Shown one piece after another: positions 11,863 to 23,638 of a stretch of 64,000 bases of DNA (within the stretch, counting starts at the first letter, position 1; each line of letters opens with the position of its first letter). Origin of the DNA: Schmidtea nova (Eukaryota); contig CM097882.1 in the NCBI GenBank assembly GCA_044892505.1, positions 512,120,001 through 512,184,000 on the forward strand. The letters are read 5' to 3'. Position numbers and translations under genes: made by a program. Below the pieces are notes generated by a model that was not told the DNA's origin, did no database searches, and was given only the letters and a program-made list of their open reading frames with translations.

Positions 11863-13533
11863 AATTTTTTTAAAGTTGAAAAAGTGTATTTTTTTGCTTA
11901 TTTAAAACAAAAGAAAAAAGATCATTTAATATAATATTACATTAATAATTTAATTATTAAATTAATGTCATAATTAAATTGAAAAATCTGAGACACTACA
12001 TATAACTTATTTTAATATTGATTATGATGAACTGTGAAATAGGAATAGGTTCATTATGTTTTCAGATTTTCGCTGCTTAACGATCCGATATATTACATGT
12101 AATTTCCCAAATAATCATAAAATTTGCACCATTATTATATAATTATCAATAGAAAAAACTAAAAAGAATTTAAACATTTTCTCATTTAGAGACAAAATAA
12201 AAATTTTACCATTCAATCTTTTTGGAAACAGTTAAAGTGACTTATAAAAAATTATTGACTAATATAAATCATAAATTTTCGCTCATAGCCGGCCGTGGCT
12301 TTTATTTTTAAATATATAATTTTAATTCAATTCAATTTTTGCATTTAGATCTAAATTGTTTATCAGCCTAATGTGAAAATGAATAATATTTTGATAGAGT
12401 AATGTTAATTCCTCGGGATTTAGGATATGAAACGATACCTAGGTGTACAAATCGAGCTTGCTGCGTCTATGAACAAGGTGAATACCGGTGAATCGGCAAT
12501 TTTATGAAATTTACAATTCATGTAACTCAACTTGTTCAAATTTAAATAGGTAGCTGATTTTATAGGTTGATTGTGTATGATTAGTGCTATGTAGTAATAT
12601 ATAATTTATTATGATACTATATTATAAATAAAAATCATTAAATTTGAAAATTCCTTGTTTTGGCCAGGCCACGATCCCTATGTATTTCTTCATAGAATGA
12701 GGTGAATAAGGATGTGTATGCATTGCCATCATAGATGGGCAAAGAGTAAAATCGCGCTATTCTCCGGCATGCTACGAAGGCTAATTAGTTAATACTTAAC
12801 CCATTATGCAAATGTCCAGAATCAACATCAGAAGGTATGGAAGATGAATTTATAAAACAATTATTGATAAAAATAATCATTGAAATTTTTGTGCATGTGA
12901 GATAAATTTGAGTCAATTGAAAATTTTAGTCGAAATGACAATTATAAATATTTTTAATAATCGTTATAATAAATAATAAATTATGAAAACATGAAACATC
13001 ATAGAATAAATGTAATTTATAATTAGAATGAGGCAAAATAAACATAATTTAAATAAAATACCTGACGAGATGTGAACGGGGGCATTGGCCAACGCAACTC
13101 GCCTTTTAAGAAATGTATTCTTACATTAGGCTCTCTTCCGACATTGTTCTTTTTGTCGAGGTTCCCAGAATCTCAACTTGGTATCTTATATAAGTTAATA
13201 AAATAACACTGGTTAAAAGATTTTATTAAATATATAACAATTACAATTACCTGATAAAATGTTACAATAAAAGTAAAAGGCACAAAAGCTATGTGCAAAT
13301 CAATAAAAAAATACAAATTTGGAAAAATAATTATTAAAGTGCAAACATTAATTAAAAATTTATGAAATTCAAAAATGAAGATTTATAGGGGGAAACTAGT
13401 ATGGAAGGATGCCTATCGCAGAAGAATGCAGATACCAGTTGCTACTTTTGTGATTGACAGTCTTGTGATTGAATTGGAGAAATAAAAATTATTGTGTTGG
13501 GTCTCATTTATTGTTGTGTTCAGCGGAACACGC

Positions 13534-13547
13534 TTTGAGAACCACTG
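13534..13547. mobile_element. Orphan hAT (Charlie/Buster-like) terminal inverted repeat
   Basis: TTTGAGAACCACTG is the reverse complement of CAGTGGTTCTCAAA. It is followed by CTCTAGAG, which resembles a Charlie target site. Confidence 0.55.
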
Positions 13548-14211
13548 CTCTAGAGAACAAGCTAACTCATATAAAGAGTTGAGTTTTATGCATGTGCATC
13601 CCTACTTTTATTATTCATAGCTCGCTTATTTTTTCTGTTTAATATCTTTACATCTTAATAGTCTCCAGTACAACTATCCCAATGTTCAATAATGAAGATA
13701 TAACGACTGGTAAGTAATCACAAAATGTTACAGAAAGCCACAAGTTCAAGTTCAAAATTTAAATTATGAAGCGTCTCGTTTTTATGTGTCAATAAAATAT
13801 TATTATTAAAACCGCTCGATCGTTCATCATTATGGTATTTTAGGCGGGCGAACGATCGTGCTGTCGAACCATCGAAATTTACTTGTATTTTAATATAAGT
13901 CGAAATTTCTTTTCATAAAACATTTGAATTATTCCTAATTTAGGGTTAATCTTGTGTGATTAGTGTTTTTATGTTTTTTACGTGTTTACTTTATGCAATT
14001 TGTTCATTAAAAATTTTAAACATGTTTTAATTAAATTGTATTGTGTTTCTGTGGTTACTTTTATTAATTTGGTGTTATCTGTTAATCTCTCTAGGTGCTG
14101 TGTTGCCGCTTCAATCAAGCAAGACTTGGTTGAGTTTCGATTTGCCCAACATTTGCCTTATTTCGAAGATTCTTTATTCGATTTTCCTTTTTCATCCATG
14201 TCATTACTGAA

Positions 14212-14348
14212 TGTTGGAACATTAATTAATTATTCAACACAAATATTTTAAAAACAATATTTTAAACAAATTGATTTGTTTAAATATGATGTGATAGATA
14301 AAGATAAATTTTTTAAATTAAACGCGTGTTTCTTTTATGAATCTTATA
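14212..14348 (+). repeat. 5' LTR (137 bp)
   Basis: Direct repeat of 18034-18170. Confidence 0.95.
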
Positions 14349-15293
14349 AATGGTGTCAGCAACTCCCAAGTTGACCATGTTTCGGTCAAAATTCCAGCAA
14401 TTTTTCAGAACCAGAGTCTGTGGTTCAAACAAGTGGAGGCCAGTTTCAAGATATCAAGAATTACAGAAGAAACTACAAAATATTTTTATTTAATTTCAAA
14501 TCTTCCAACAACAATGCTATCAAAATACGAACATCTATTGGACTCAGAAACCAAGCTTCCGTACTCAACTCTGAAAGAAGCAATCCTAGCAGAATTTGAG
14601 ATATCAAGAAAAATATCGATAACAGAATTGATAAGAGAAGAATGCCTTGGAGATCGATCTCCATCAGAAGCACTTCAGCACATTACGGGACAAATACAAA
14701 GAATAGATACAGCCATGGATCCATTCAACAGTCCTATATCTCGGGAATTGTTCATGCGACTATTACCAAGCTCTGTTCAAGACATCCTATTATCGATGCC
14801 AACGACGGACCTTCGAAAATTAGCAGTCACAGCAGACAGAATAATGTTATCAAAGCGGCAATCAGTAAATACAGTTGAACACGAAAATTGCAATACTCAA
14901 GAGTTAGGAGATAAGATCAGAACAATTAGGGAACTACAGGAAGAAATCAATGTAATACGTCAACAATTGAGGAATAAAAGCACAAGTAAGTTATGTTTTT
15001 ATCATAGTAAATTTGGGCATAGGGCGAGGAAATGTCAGCCGCCATGTGAATGGAATGCAAAGCAGAACGACAACTATCGATCAGAAAAATACATCAGAGA
15101 GAAATATCAAAATCTTGAACCGTCAAACATATCCTCAATGAACAACAACAAATTCAACAACAACAACAAATTCAACAACAACAACAACAAATTCAACAAC
15201 AACAACAAATTCAACAACAACAACAAATTCAACAACAACAACACTTTTAACAACAACAGAGAGAACCAGGGAGACGAGAGAAGGTTTCATTGA
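14337..15293 (+). CDS. Gypsy Gag (318 aa)
   Basis: VKIPAIF...LWFKQVEASF...KYFYLIS gag N-terminus, CFYHSKFGHRARKCQPPC knuckle and an Asn-rich tail. Confidence 0.9.
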   Translation: MNLINGVSNSQVDHVSVKIPAIFQNQSLWFKQVEASFKISRITEETTKYFYLISNLPTTMLSKYEHLLDSETKLPYSTLKEAILAEFEISRKISITELIREECLGDRSPSEALQHITGQIQRIDTAMDPFNSPISRELFMRLLPSSVQDILLSMPTTDLRKLAVTADRIMLSKRQSVNTVEHENCNTQELGDKIRTIRELQEEINVIRQQLRNKSTSKLCFYHSKFGHRARKCQPPCEWNAKQNDNYRSEKYIREKYQNLEPSNISSMNNNKFNNNNKFNNNNNKFNNNNKFNNNNKFNNNNTFNNNRENQGDERRFH

Positions 15294-15306
15294 ACCCGAA
15301 CAGTAA

Positions 15307-18024
15307 AACCTACAAAATCATATCCACTTTCTCGGGACAAAACAACTCATAAATGGAGAACAAGTTAATTTTCTCATAGATACAGGCGCTGATCTCAGTA
15401 TCCTTCCCGCAAACCGTTTCAAGCCTGATAGAAATGGAGAACATCGATCTTTAGTATCCGCCAACAATTCATCAATCACATACCACGGGCAGAAAACGAT
15501 TGAATTTACTATTGAAGGATTCAGAACTAAATTTATTATCACCAACGGTTCCCCTGTAGCCCAAAGACAAAGACCACTTTTTGGAGAAAAATTAGTTGCA
15601 ACAAAGAAAGAATTTGACAGACTCTTAAATGAAGGTGTAATTCGGGCAAGCAAGAGTGATTGGACATCTCCATTAGTAGTAATTAAGAAGCCGGATGGGT
15701 CATGGCGGCCTTGTGGATACTACAGAATGTTAAATGAAATAACCCAGCCTGACAGATATCCACTTCCGAGGATTCAAGACTTACTGAACAAGATCAACAA
15801 CCCTCATATATTCACTAAGTTAGATCTGGAAAAGGCATATCTTCAAATTCCGATTTGTGACGAAGACATTTCAAAGACAGCAGTCATAACACCGTTTGGA
15901 TTGTTCGAATATACAAAGATGCCTTTTGGACTTAGAAACGCCTCTCAAATGTTTCAGAGACACATGGACAACGTACTCCGAGAACATCAAGAACATTCCT
16001 TAACCTATATTGATGATGTTTTGATATTCTCCAAGACTGAAGCAGAGCATAAAGCACACGTGTTGAGTGTGATGGCCAGTCTTCAAGCAGCTGGTCTCAT
16101 AGTCAACCAGAGAAAATGCGAATTCCAAACCGAAAAGGTAAATTTTTTGAGTTTCGAATTAACAAAACAGGGAATCAAACCATCGAAGGAACACACCTTA
16201 GCAATTAGCAATTTAAAGAAGCCAACCAATAGTCAAGATTTACGACGTTTTATTGGTGGCATCGGCTATTATCACTGGCTTATTCCAAGACTGTCAGTTA
16301 CACTGAGTCCACTGCATGACTTGTTACAAAAATCGGCCGATAAAAAGGAAGATCTCTTATGGCAAGACTGCCATACACAGGCCTTCATGAATGCCAAAGA
16401 TTCCGTACGCGAAATCAGCAACGTCTCATACCCTAACCCATCCAAGCCATTCCTATTATGCACTAACGCATCGTCTAAAGCAATTGGAGCAAGCCTAAGT
16501 CAAATCAACGAAGAAAATAAATCATTTCCTATTGCCTTCTTTTCCAGGAAATTAAATTTAACCGAACAGAAGTATTCTACTTTCGACAGGGAGTTATTGG
16601 CAATATTCTTATCTATAAAACATTTTAAGCATTTCTTAGACGGTTCTCATTTTACAGTCATGACGGACCACAAACCTTTACTACGAGCTAGACATATGAA
16701 AGATCCATCGCCAAGACAGTGGAGAATAATCGAATACCTTGATCAATTTGATTTCACCATCGAATTCATAAAAGGGGAAGACAATGTAGTTGCCGATCTC
16801 TTGTCCAGACAATGCAGTAATCAAGACCTACAAGTATCAACTGTGGAGATTAATTTCGTTGAATTCACTAAAGAAAGTTTAAAAGAAGAACAAAGGAAAG
16901 ATCAGACCTTATCTACACTGAAAAATGCAAGTCTACAGTTATGCAGTACTATAGATGACATCTTCATTGACAACTCTAAGGGGGAGACCAGAATAGTACT
17001 GCCAAAAATATTCCGACATCAAGAATTTCTAAGAATTCATAACATATCTCATCCAGCATCCAAACCAACGATAGAATTGATCAAAGCGAGATATGTGTGG
17101 CCTCAGATGAAAAGTGACATCAGAGAGTGGTGTAGACAATGTCAAAGATGTCAAGGTGCAAAGATAACAAGACACACACATGCTCCGTTAGGTACCATAG
17201 AAACCAAAGGAAGGTTTATCACAGTTCATCTAGAAATAGTGGGTCCTCTGTCGAGCGTCAACAACAAAAGATATATCATGACAATGATAGACCGAGGAAC
17301 GTCATGGGTTGAAGCAATTCCTATATATGATATCACAACAGATATGATAGTAAGAACGTTTGAAAGAGAGTGGATCAGTCGTTTTGGTGTTCCAGAAATT
17401 GTCATAACAGATCAAGGAGCACAGTTTGAATCAGAAAAATTCTCCAATTTCTGTAAGGTAATGGGAATCGAAAGGAAGCGAACAACAGCATATCACCCTC
17501 AATCCAATGGGAAAATAGAAAGATGGCACAGAGCCATGAAAAACTCGATAAGAGCAGCATCAGAAAACTCATCCAAAACGTGGGCCCATGATCTTCCCAA
17601 GATTCTACTCAGTTTAAGAAACTGCACGAAGTCTAATGCGTCTCCATCGGCAGCGCAACTCACATTTGGTTGTCGAGCCAGATTACCCGGAGATTTTGTT
17701 ATTAGTGAACCAATATTAACCAATATCGAAGACAATTTAGCATCGATTCAAGAGGAAATCGACTCACAACTAAGTAACAAAAAAACAAGCCAACCAAAAA
17801 AACATAGTTTTGTAAGCAAACTATTTGGTAATTGCAAAAAAGTGTGGCTTCGAGCTGAATTTAGGAAGTCGTTAGAAGATCCGTACACTGGACCATACGA
17901 CGTTATAGAAATATCCGATGACAATAAAACGTTAAAAATCAAAATTGGAGACCAAATAAAGAATGTTAGCATCGACCGTCTTAAGCCATGGATTGGAGCT
18001 GATGAATTTGCTCCGCAATCTTAA
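15307..18024 (+). CDS. Gypsy Pol (partial protease, RT, RNase H, integrase), open frame probably defective
   Basis: The frame is open from 15307 (annotated ATG at 15727). Motifs: FLIDTGA protease, YIDD RT, RELLAI RNase H, H-H/C-C zinc-binding motif, and TDQG and IERWH integrase motifs. TNAS replaces TDAS and HLEIVG replaces HxDIVG. Confidence 0.9.
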   Translation, partial: NLQNHIHFLGTKQLINGEQVNFLIDTGADLSILPANRFKPDRNGEHRSLVSANNSSITYHGQKTIEFTIEGFRTKFIITNGSPVAQRQRPLFGEKLVATKKEFDRLLNEGVIRASKSDWTSPLVVIKKPDGSWRPCGYYRMLNEITQPDRYPLPRIQDLLNKINNPHIFTKLDLEKAYLQIPICDEDISKTAVITPFGLFEYTKMPFGLRNASQMFQRHMDNVLREHQEHSLTYIDDVLIFSKTEAEHKAHVLSVMASLQAAGLIVNQRKCEFQTEKVNFLSFELTKQGIKPSKEHTLAISNLKKPTNSQDLRRFIGGIGYYHWLIPRLSVTLSPLHDLLQKSADKKEDLLWQDCHTQAFMNAKDSVREISNVSYPNPSKPFLLCTNASSKAIGASLSQINEENKSFPIAFFSRKLNLTEQKYSTFDRELLAIFLSIKHFKHFLDGSHFTVMTDHKPLLRARHMKDPSPRQWRIIEYLDQFDFTIEFIKGEDNVVADLLSRQCSNQDLQVSTVEINFVEFTKESLKEEQRKDQTLSTLKNASLQLCSTIDDIFIDNSKGETRIVLPKIFRHQEFLRIHNISHPASKPTIELIKARYVWPQMKSDIREWCRQCQRCQGAKITRHTHAPLGTIETKGRFITVHLEIVGPLSSVNNKRYIMTMIDRGTSWVEAIPIYDITTDMIVRTFEREWISRFGVPEIVITDQGAQFESEKFSNFCKVMGIERKRTTAYHPQSNGKIERWHRAMKNSIRAASENSSKTWAHDLPKILLSLRNCTKSNASPSAAQLTFGCRARLPGDFVISEPILTNIEDNLASIQEEIDSQLSNKKTSQPKKHSFVSKLFGNCKKVWLRAEFRKSLEDPYTGPYDVIEISDDNKTLKIKIGDQIKNVSIDRLKPWIGADEFAPQS

Positions 18025-18033
18025 GGGGAGTTG

Positions 18034-18170
18034 TGTTGGAACATTAATTAATTATTCAACACAATTATTTTAAAAACAATATTTTAAACAAATTGATTTG
18101 TTTAAATATGATGTGATAGATAAAGATAAAACTTTTAAATTAAACGCGTGTTTCTTTTATGAATCTTATA
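18034..18170 (+). repeat. 3' LTR (137 bp)
   Basis: Direct repeat of 14212-14348, preceded by a PPT. Confidence 0.95.
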
Positions 18171-18269
18171 CTGAGTGCTTCCGATGTTGATCTCGTACAT
18201 GAACCTTGCTCTTTGTTGGTAAGTTTGGATGGAACGTTGGAGTGGTGGGCTCTGTTGGCTCACTTTTAA

Positions 18270-20256
18270 TTATGGTGGGTTGTTGATCGTCAATATGACC
18301 TTGACGTTGCTATGGCTCTCATCAACACCTCAACACATAAAACATTGAAATAACCATCTTGTTGCCCGTCACAATGTAACATTGGTAATGCAACAAATGG
18401 GTGGGTATTCGCAATCAGTGAGCGTCGTCAATACGAAACTATGATTGACCAAATATCTCTTGGGTCCAAGGGCTACCGATAGAAGGTTTATTGCCCATTT
18501 TGTCCCTTCTCACATGATTTAACTTTAAGTATTCAACAAAATTTTATCGGCAATTCAATATAATTGTTCTACATAACTGTGAATTTATTATTACATCCAA
18601 ATAAATTATCCCGAACATTCGTAACACTAATAAAACCTTAAATTTTACTAATATTATAATTTATGTTAATCCTTATACAATATATAAAAAAAAATTAATC
18701 TACATTTAAAATAAAAAAAAATAAAAACTTTAATTTTTAATTTATCCACAATAAATTTATTCTTATTTTACATTCATACTAATTTTCTGGGTTTAAATTA
18801 TCGATTACCAAAATTACATTTGTTTTAAATTAGTATTTTAATTAAATCAAAGGTCATTTCTATTTGAAATGCGTTCAACTCCGATCAAGAAGGAATTCAG
18901 AAGACTCGACAACGGATTTTTAAAAAATTAGACCTGGATGATTCTGGTTCGTCAAGTATTGATGAATTCATAAGTTTACCTCAGCTTCAACAAAATCTTT
19001 TCATTACCGAAATATTTGATTCCGACAACCATTGAAAGTGGATTTTAAAGAATTCATCGAAGGAATGTCACCTTCTTCTTCGACATCGATCGTGATGGAT
19101 TTATTAGAAATGGCGAACTATTTCAGGCTTCATAAATGATGGTCGGCAGTAACCTCAAAGAAACTCAGTTACCACAAATAGCTGACTAAACGATTCTGTT
19201 TGTAGCCAAAGATGGCAATGAATTTTGCACAGTAGTCTCTAGAAGGGCTGTTTATTCTAAAATGGCAATATATCATCTAATTTTATAAAATAAAAGTTAA
19301 TTAGACATTATCTTTTTTTTTTAAAACATTTTGTCGACACGAAAATATATAAATTGACATCTTACTGTAAGTGAAGTTAATTATTTGAAATCTTATGTTA
19401 TAATATTAACAGTATTGATCTTAAATTATTTTTAATTGATTTTTTTTAAATAAATAGTGTTTTTCTCTCTGTTTTTAGGCCTTAGTTTTGAGTTGTAAAT
19501 AAAGATTAATTTTAAGTGGCAATTTAATGGGAGTATTGGGGTGTTGAGAATGATATATGTAATTATTTATATCGAACTAGTATAATGCTTTTGAATTGAA
19601 TCGTTATAAAATAAAAACGAAAATTGAATGACTACACTGTATTTCACTCAATAATCTCACCTAATCGATTTTTTACTTTAGTTAACATTTTTCATAAAAA
19701 TAAATAACGTTGTTGTTTTTTGTGGTTATTAATCCTCATTTAACCAGAGGTTTTAGACTGGTTTTATAAAAATAAAGATAATATTGTATTTTGGTTGAAT
19801 AAAAATGGATAATATAATAGTACAAGAGTGAATGAAACTTTTGCATGGTTTTGTTAGAGGTATACCTTTTTTATGTATGATGTGGGAACAATGATCGCGA
19901 GTTTGTGTGTTTATATACTTTTGTGTGTTGCTGAATACGCTATTGTTATGATTTTGTGATTGTATGTTGGGTGAAATAAGTGATTCAGTGAATGGATGTG
20001 AATGCTTGTGCAGTTTCTGGATGTATGATGCTAACTAACATAACTGGGCAGATTTTCTGTATGAATTGTTTGAGTGTATGTTGCTAATGAATGTTATTGA
20101 GTGATACGGGGTGGTGTGTGTATTGTTAAATGAATGGATTTTTGTGTGGTGTTATGTATGGATATTGTTAATGAATGAAATTGATGTTATGATTTGCAAA
20201 TATGGATGTAATATGACTTGTGATATCGTGGGGGGTATTTATAATATACTATATAG

Positions 20257-20296
<40 letters not shown>

Positions 20297-22873
20297 TTTA
20301 GAATTAAAATAATAATAATAATTTTTGTAATACTTTCTATAAATTTTAAATTTATAATTTTATGAAAGTTATATAATAATAAAATTTCTAATTTTTATAA
20401 TATACATTTTTGGATTCGAATTTTTGTATTTTAAGGATATATATGTTAGTTGTAAATTTTTCTATGAAATTTCGAATTTGGAATTTTATAAAATGATAAA
20501 ATTTTTGATATAATAACAATATTTTCAATTTATAATTTTCATGGGTTTCAATATAATTTTTGATTTACAAACTCTTGTGAAAATTTTTGGTTTACAATTT
20601 TTTCATTATAAATTTTTCGCAATATAATAAAAAGTAAATTTTTGTTTTTATGATCAAAAACGAAATCTACATAATAATAAATTTTTATCCATAAATTTCG
20701 CAATCCAAATAAGAATTCAATTTAAAAAATTTATATACTGAATAATAATAAAAGTTAAATAAGTAATAAATTCTTCAAAGAATAGTTTTCAACATCAAGT
20801 AAAGTGAATTTCGGTTTCATTCGAGCATGAATTTCCCAACCAAAGTGCCCGCGAAATTTTCGAGACACTTCACTTAGGAACTTCAGGCTCCCAAAAACAA
20901 GGTTCACTGGAGAAAATTATTTAGATAATGAATGAGGTTTAATTCAGATCAATCAATACTTGTCTTCATAATTCGTTTCATTTCGTGATCATTATATCAG
21001 CTTTGAGCATTATTTCAAACGATTCTCTTTTCAATATTAGCTTTTTATTCTACTTGTGTTTTTCGGATAAGATGGCAATTGTTGTGAGAGTGAAGGCGAA
21101 TGACGAGTAGAATATTCTTGTACAGTTAAATTATATAATGGAAAAGACATTGATGGATGAATTGACATTTACGTTTTTATGTAGTATTAGGTTTTAAGTG
21201 CTCATTAAAATAAAAAATTATAATTCCAATAAAATACACTATTATAAATTATAGATCATTAATATAACACCTTACCCTTGGCCAAGCCACTGTTCCCCAG
21301 TTGGGATGAAGTGATCATGGATGTTTGGGCGTATCACCTGAAGTCGGAAATATGGGCTGATCGATTACGAATCGAACCAGCGATCCGCTCAGGCTACTTC
21401 CACCCGCTCGGCACAAGGCCAGAAACAGGTTTCAGGGGGTATGGAAGAAAAAAGAATTATTATTTTTATCTTTATACAATAAATATTATTCAAAGTAAAT
21501 TTTGGTTAAATCTGGGAATTTATGACGTTTCGAAATTCAAATAAAAAAAATAATATTCATTCAATATTTTGTTTAATAAATAAAATTGATGATAATAATA
21601 TAAAAATAATAACAATAGCATACGATCAACAATAATCAAAATAAAATACTACCGGTACGGGGTAATTGAAGGGGCATGATATTCAATGACCCCGCACCAA
21701 ACAAGAAAACGACACTTACATCCTACCAATTCTTCCGAAATTTCTGGTTCAGGCTAAGATTTAAATTTTTGATGAAAATTTTTAGACAAATTCTTTCGAA
21801 AAATTCTCGTTCAAAACAAATTCTTCAGCAAACTTCTGGTTCAAAATTATCTGACTCGAGCTCAAATAAAATCTTCAGCAAAATCTTCTGTTCAAAATAA
21901 AATTAAAATTTATAACGAAAAATTCACTCAAATTCTGCTTATTGCCATTTTGATGGCGGTATATATGCCATTGCTTGTGTGTTACCTTCACTAATGCAGT
22001 AAAATGCAGCAAATTGTTCTAGAATGTTCTTTTTAATTTTTCTATATCAATTCTAATGATTTTCCGCCGAATTAAATCAATATTTTTACGTAATAATTTT
22101 TATAAACCATAAATAATTTATTTTAATTCAAAATTTTTATTTTTAAATCAAAATTTATTCAATTTGATTTAATTTGCTATATTTCGATCAAGATTAGTTC
22201 TTTTTATCTTTAATGTGAAAATTTTTGATAAAATCACAATTTTCTTCTAAAATTTTGTTAATTTTTCTGCACTGAAGTTTTATGACACAATTCTGTTCTT
22301 TTTGGGCATTTTCAATGGGTTTTCCGCCTATTCTAACTTTTAAACGTTCTTCTCTTGACGACTTTTAATTTTTATCGAGGTTTCAATGTAAGTACTTGCA
22401 AATTCACAGCTAGCGAGTTCTCTACTGGTTGATGTGCTTGAGTCCACTTCACCTTTTTGACGTTTTTCACTTAATCGCTTCGGTTTCTAATGGGTGTTTG
22501 GGTTAAAATTGAATCTTGCGCGTTCTCTACTTATGGGGTTACTGCTTTATTAAAACAATTTGCAGTTTTTGCCCAACAATTATAACTATCTTTGAAGGTT
22601 CATTCATCTTATACAGTTACAATAAAATAGGTTATTATTCCTCCCTTTCTAGCATGACTAGGATACCTCGCTCATGGAACATGAGCTCATCGAATCATGG
22701 CGTTCATCAACTTTATGAGGGCTTTCTCTAGATAGTAGCTGTTGGATGAATTATTGCTGACTTGCTTGTAAGATTTTATTTTAAACTAATTCTCATATGA
22801 TTTGAAAGCCAGTTTATATAGTTCATTTTTTAGTGTGGTGTCACTGAGTGTCTTCAGCCCCCGGTTACCAAAA
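18270..22873 (-). mobile_element. Decayed Gypsy-associated element, copy A (pol remnant plus long non-coding region)
   Basis: PBS-like TGGTAACCGGGGG at about 22873 (minus). RT-RNase H remnant (STSRELAS) at 22300-22650. Colinear similarity to 27000-29600. Confidence 0.55.
20256..20292. repeat. (TA)n microsatellite
   Basis: Visible TA run. Confidence 0.9.
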
Positions 22874-23638
22874 ATGTGTAGCAGTTTCTGATAATTAGTT
22901 ACAAATAAACATTTAATTCATTGGGTTTTATCTTATGATATTCTAATTGTTGGGATCCTCCAAATTTTCCTAATTTATTAATTTCCGTTATAAAAGCGCA
23001 ATTAAATACCCTGGTTACTTATTTGTTGTCACGCAAAAAGAGAATTTAATATCATTATTCTCTAAATTATCCGATCAATTCAGGTATCCTACGTTCAAAT
23101 TTAAATGAAATATTTAGTTTAATATAAAAAAATAATTAATAAATAAAATAACCAAATAAATTAATATTAAAATAACCAAATAAATAAAATAATTAGTTAA
23201 ATATTAAAAAAAAGATAATTAATTAAATTAATAAATATTAAAATATTTAGTTAGTAGTTTATTAAAATTTCCAAACCTTTAAACAAAACACACTTTAAAA
23301 ATCTTACCAAAAACTCGCAATAACTGGCACGTATACAGATCGGACTTACCCAATTACTACATATTTTATACTTTGATATTTTTTGACATTTTTAGACAAT
23401 TTTATTGATATCATAATTATCTTTTTTCGCCTTTGATCTTTTTTTATTATTAATATCAATAATTTTCATAATGACTATAGATCAAAATTTCTTTAAATAA
23501 GTACACGATATTTCGGCACAGCCTTTATCAAATACCTACTGCAGATTAGGACAAAGAAAAAAGCACGGTCATAAATTACGGGCCTATATTATAGAAAATA
23601 AGAAAAATAAATTAGGTCAAAAAAAACATACTTACACA

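Larger units (their letters stand above)
14212..18170 (+). mobile_element. Full-length Ty3/Gypsy LTR retrotransposon (3959 bp) with 137-bp LTRs
   Basis: LTRs at 14212-14348 and 18034-18170 differ at 3 positions. PBS-like TGGTGTCAG at 14351 and PPT AAGGGGAG before the 3' LTR. Flanks CTGAA/CTGAG give a 5-bp TSD with one mismatch. Gag and pol are present. Confidence 0.95.

Noticed and set aside
12400-12700. Plus-strand similarity to trefoil (RACC...IPCF) or BEACH (GHDPYVFLHRMR) motifs
   Set aside because: Short matches in different frames, with the expected downstream motifs (e.g. ALES...WIDLIFG) absent.
12781-12800. Possible 20-22-nt ultra-short introns at 12781-12800 and about 13096-13117
   Set aside because: The first is unnecessary, since the frame is continuous with a single stop. 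The confirmed intron in PSMB2 is 53 nt. There is no transcript evidence.
15318-17972. Antisense ORFs within the Gypsy pol (and similar ones in the hAT ORF and the second pol)
   Set aside because: Shadow frames of real coding sequence with no independent motifs.
18340-18490. Shared in-frame TAA/TAG in both copies of the conserved block, hinting at an alternative genetic code
   Set aside because: PSMB2, gag and pol terminate normally at TAA or TGA and long ORFs contain no internal TAA/TAG, so the standard code fits.
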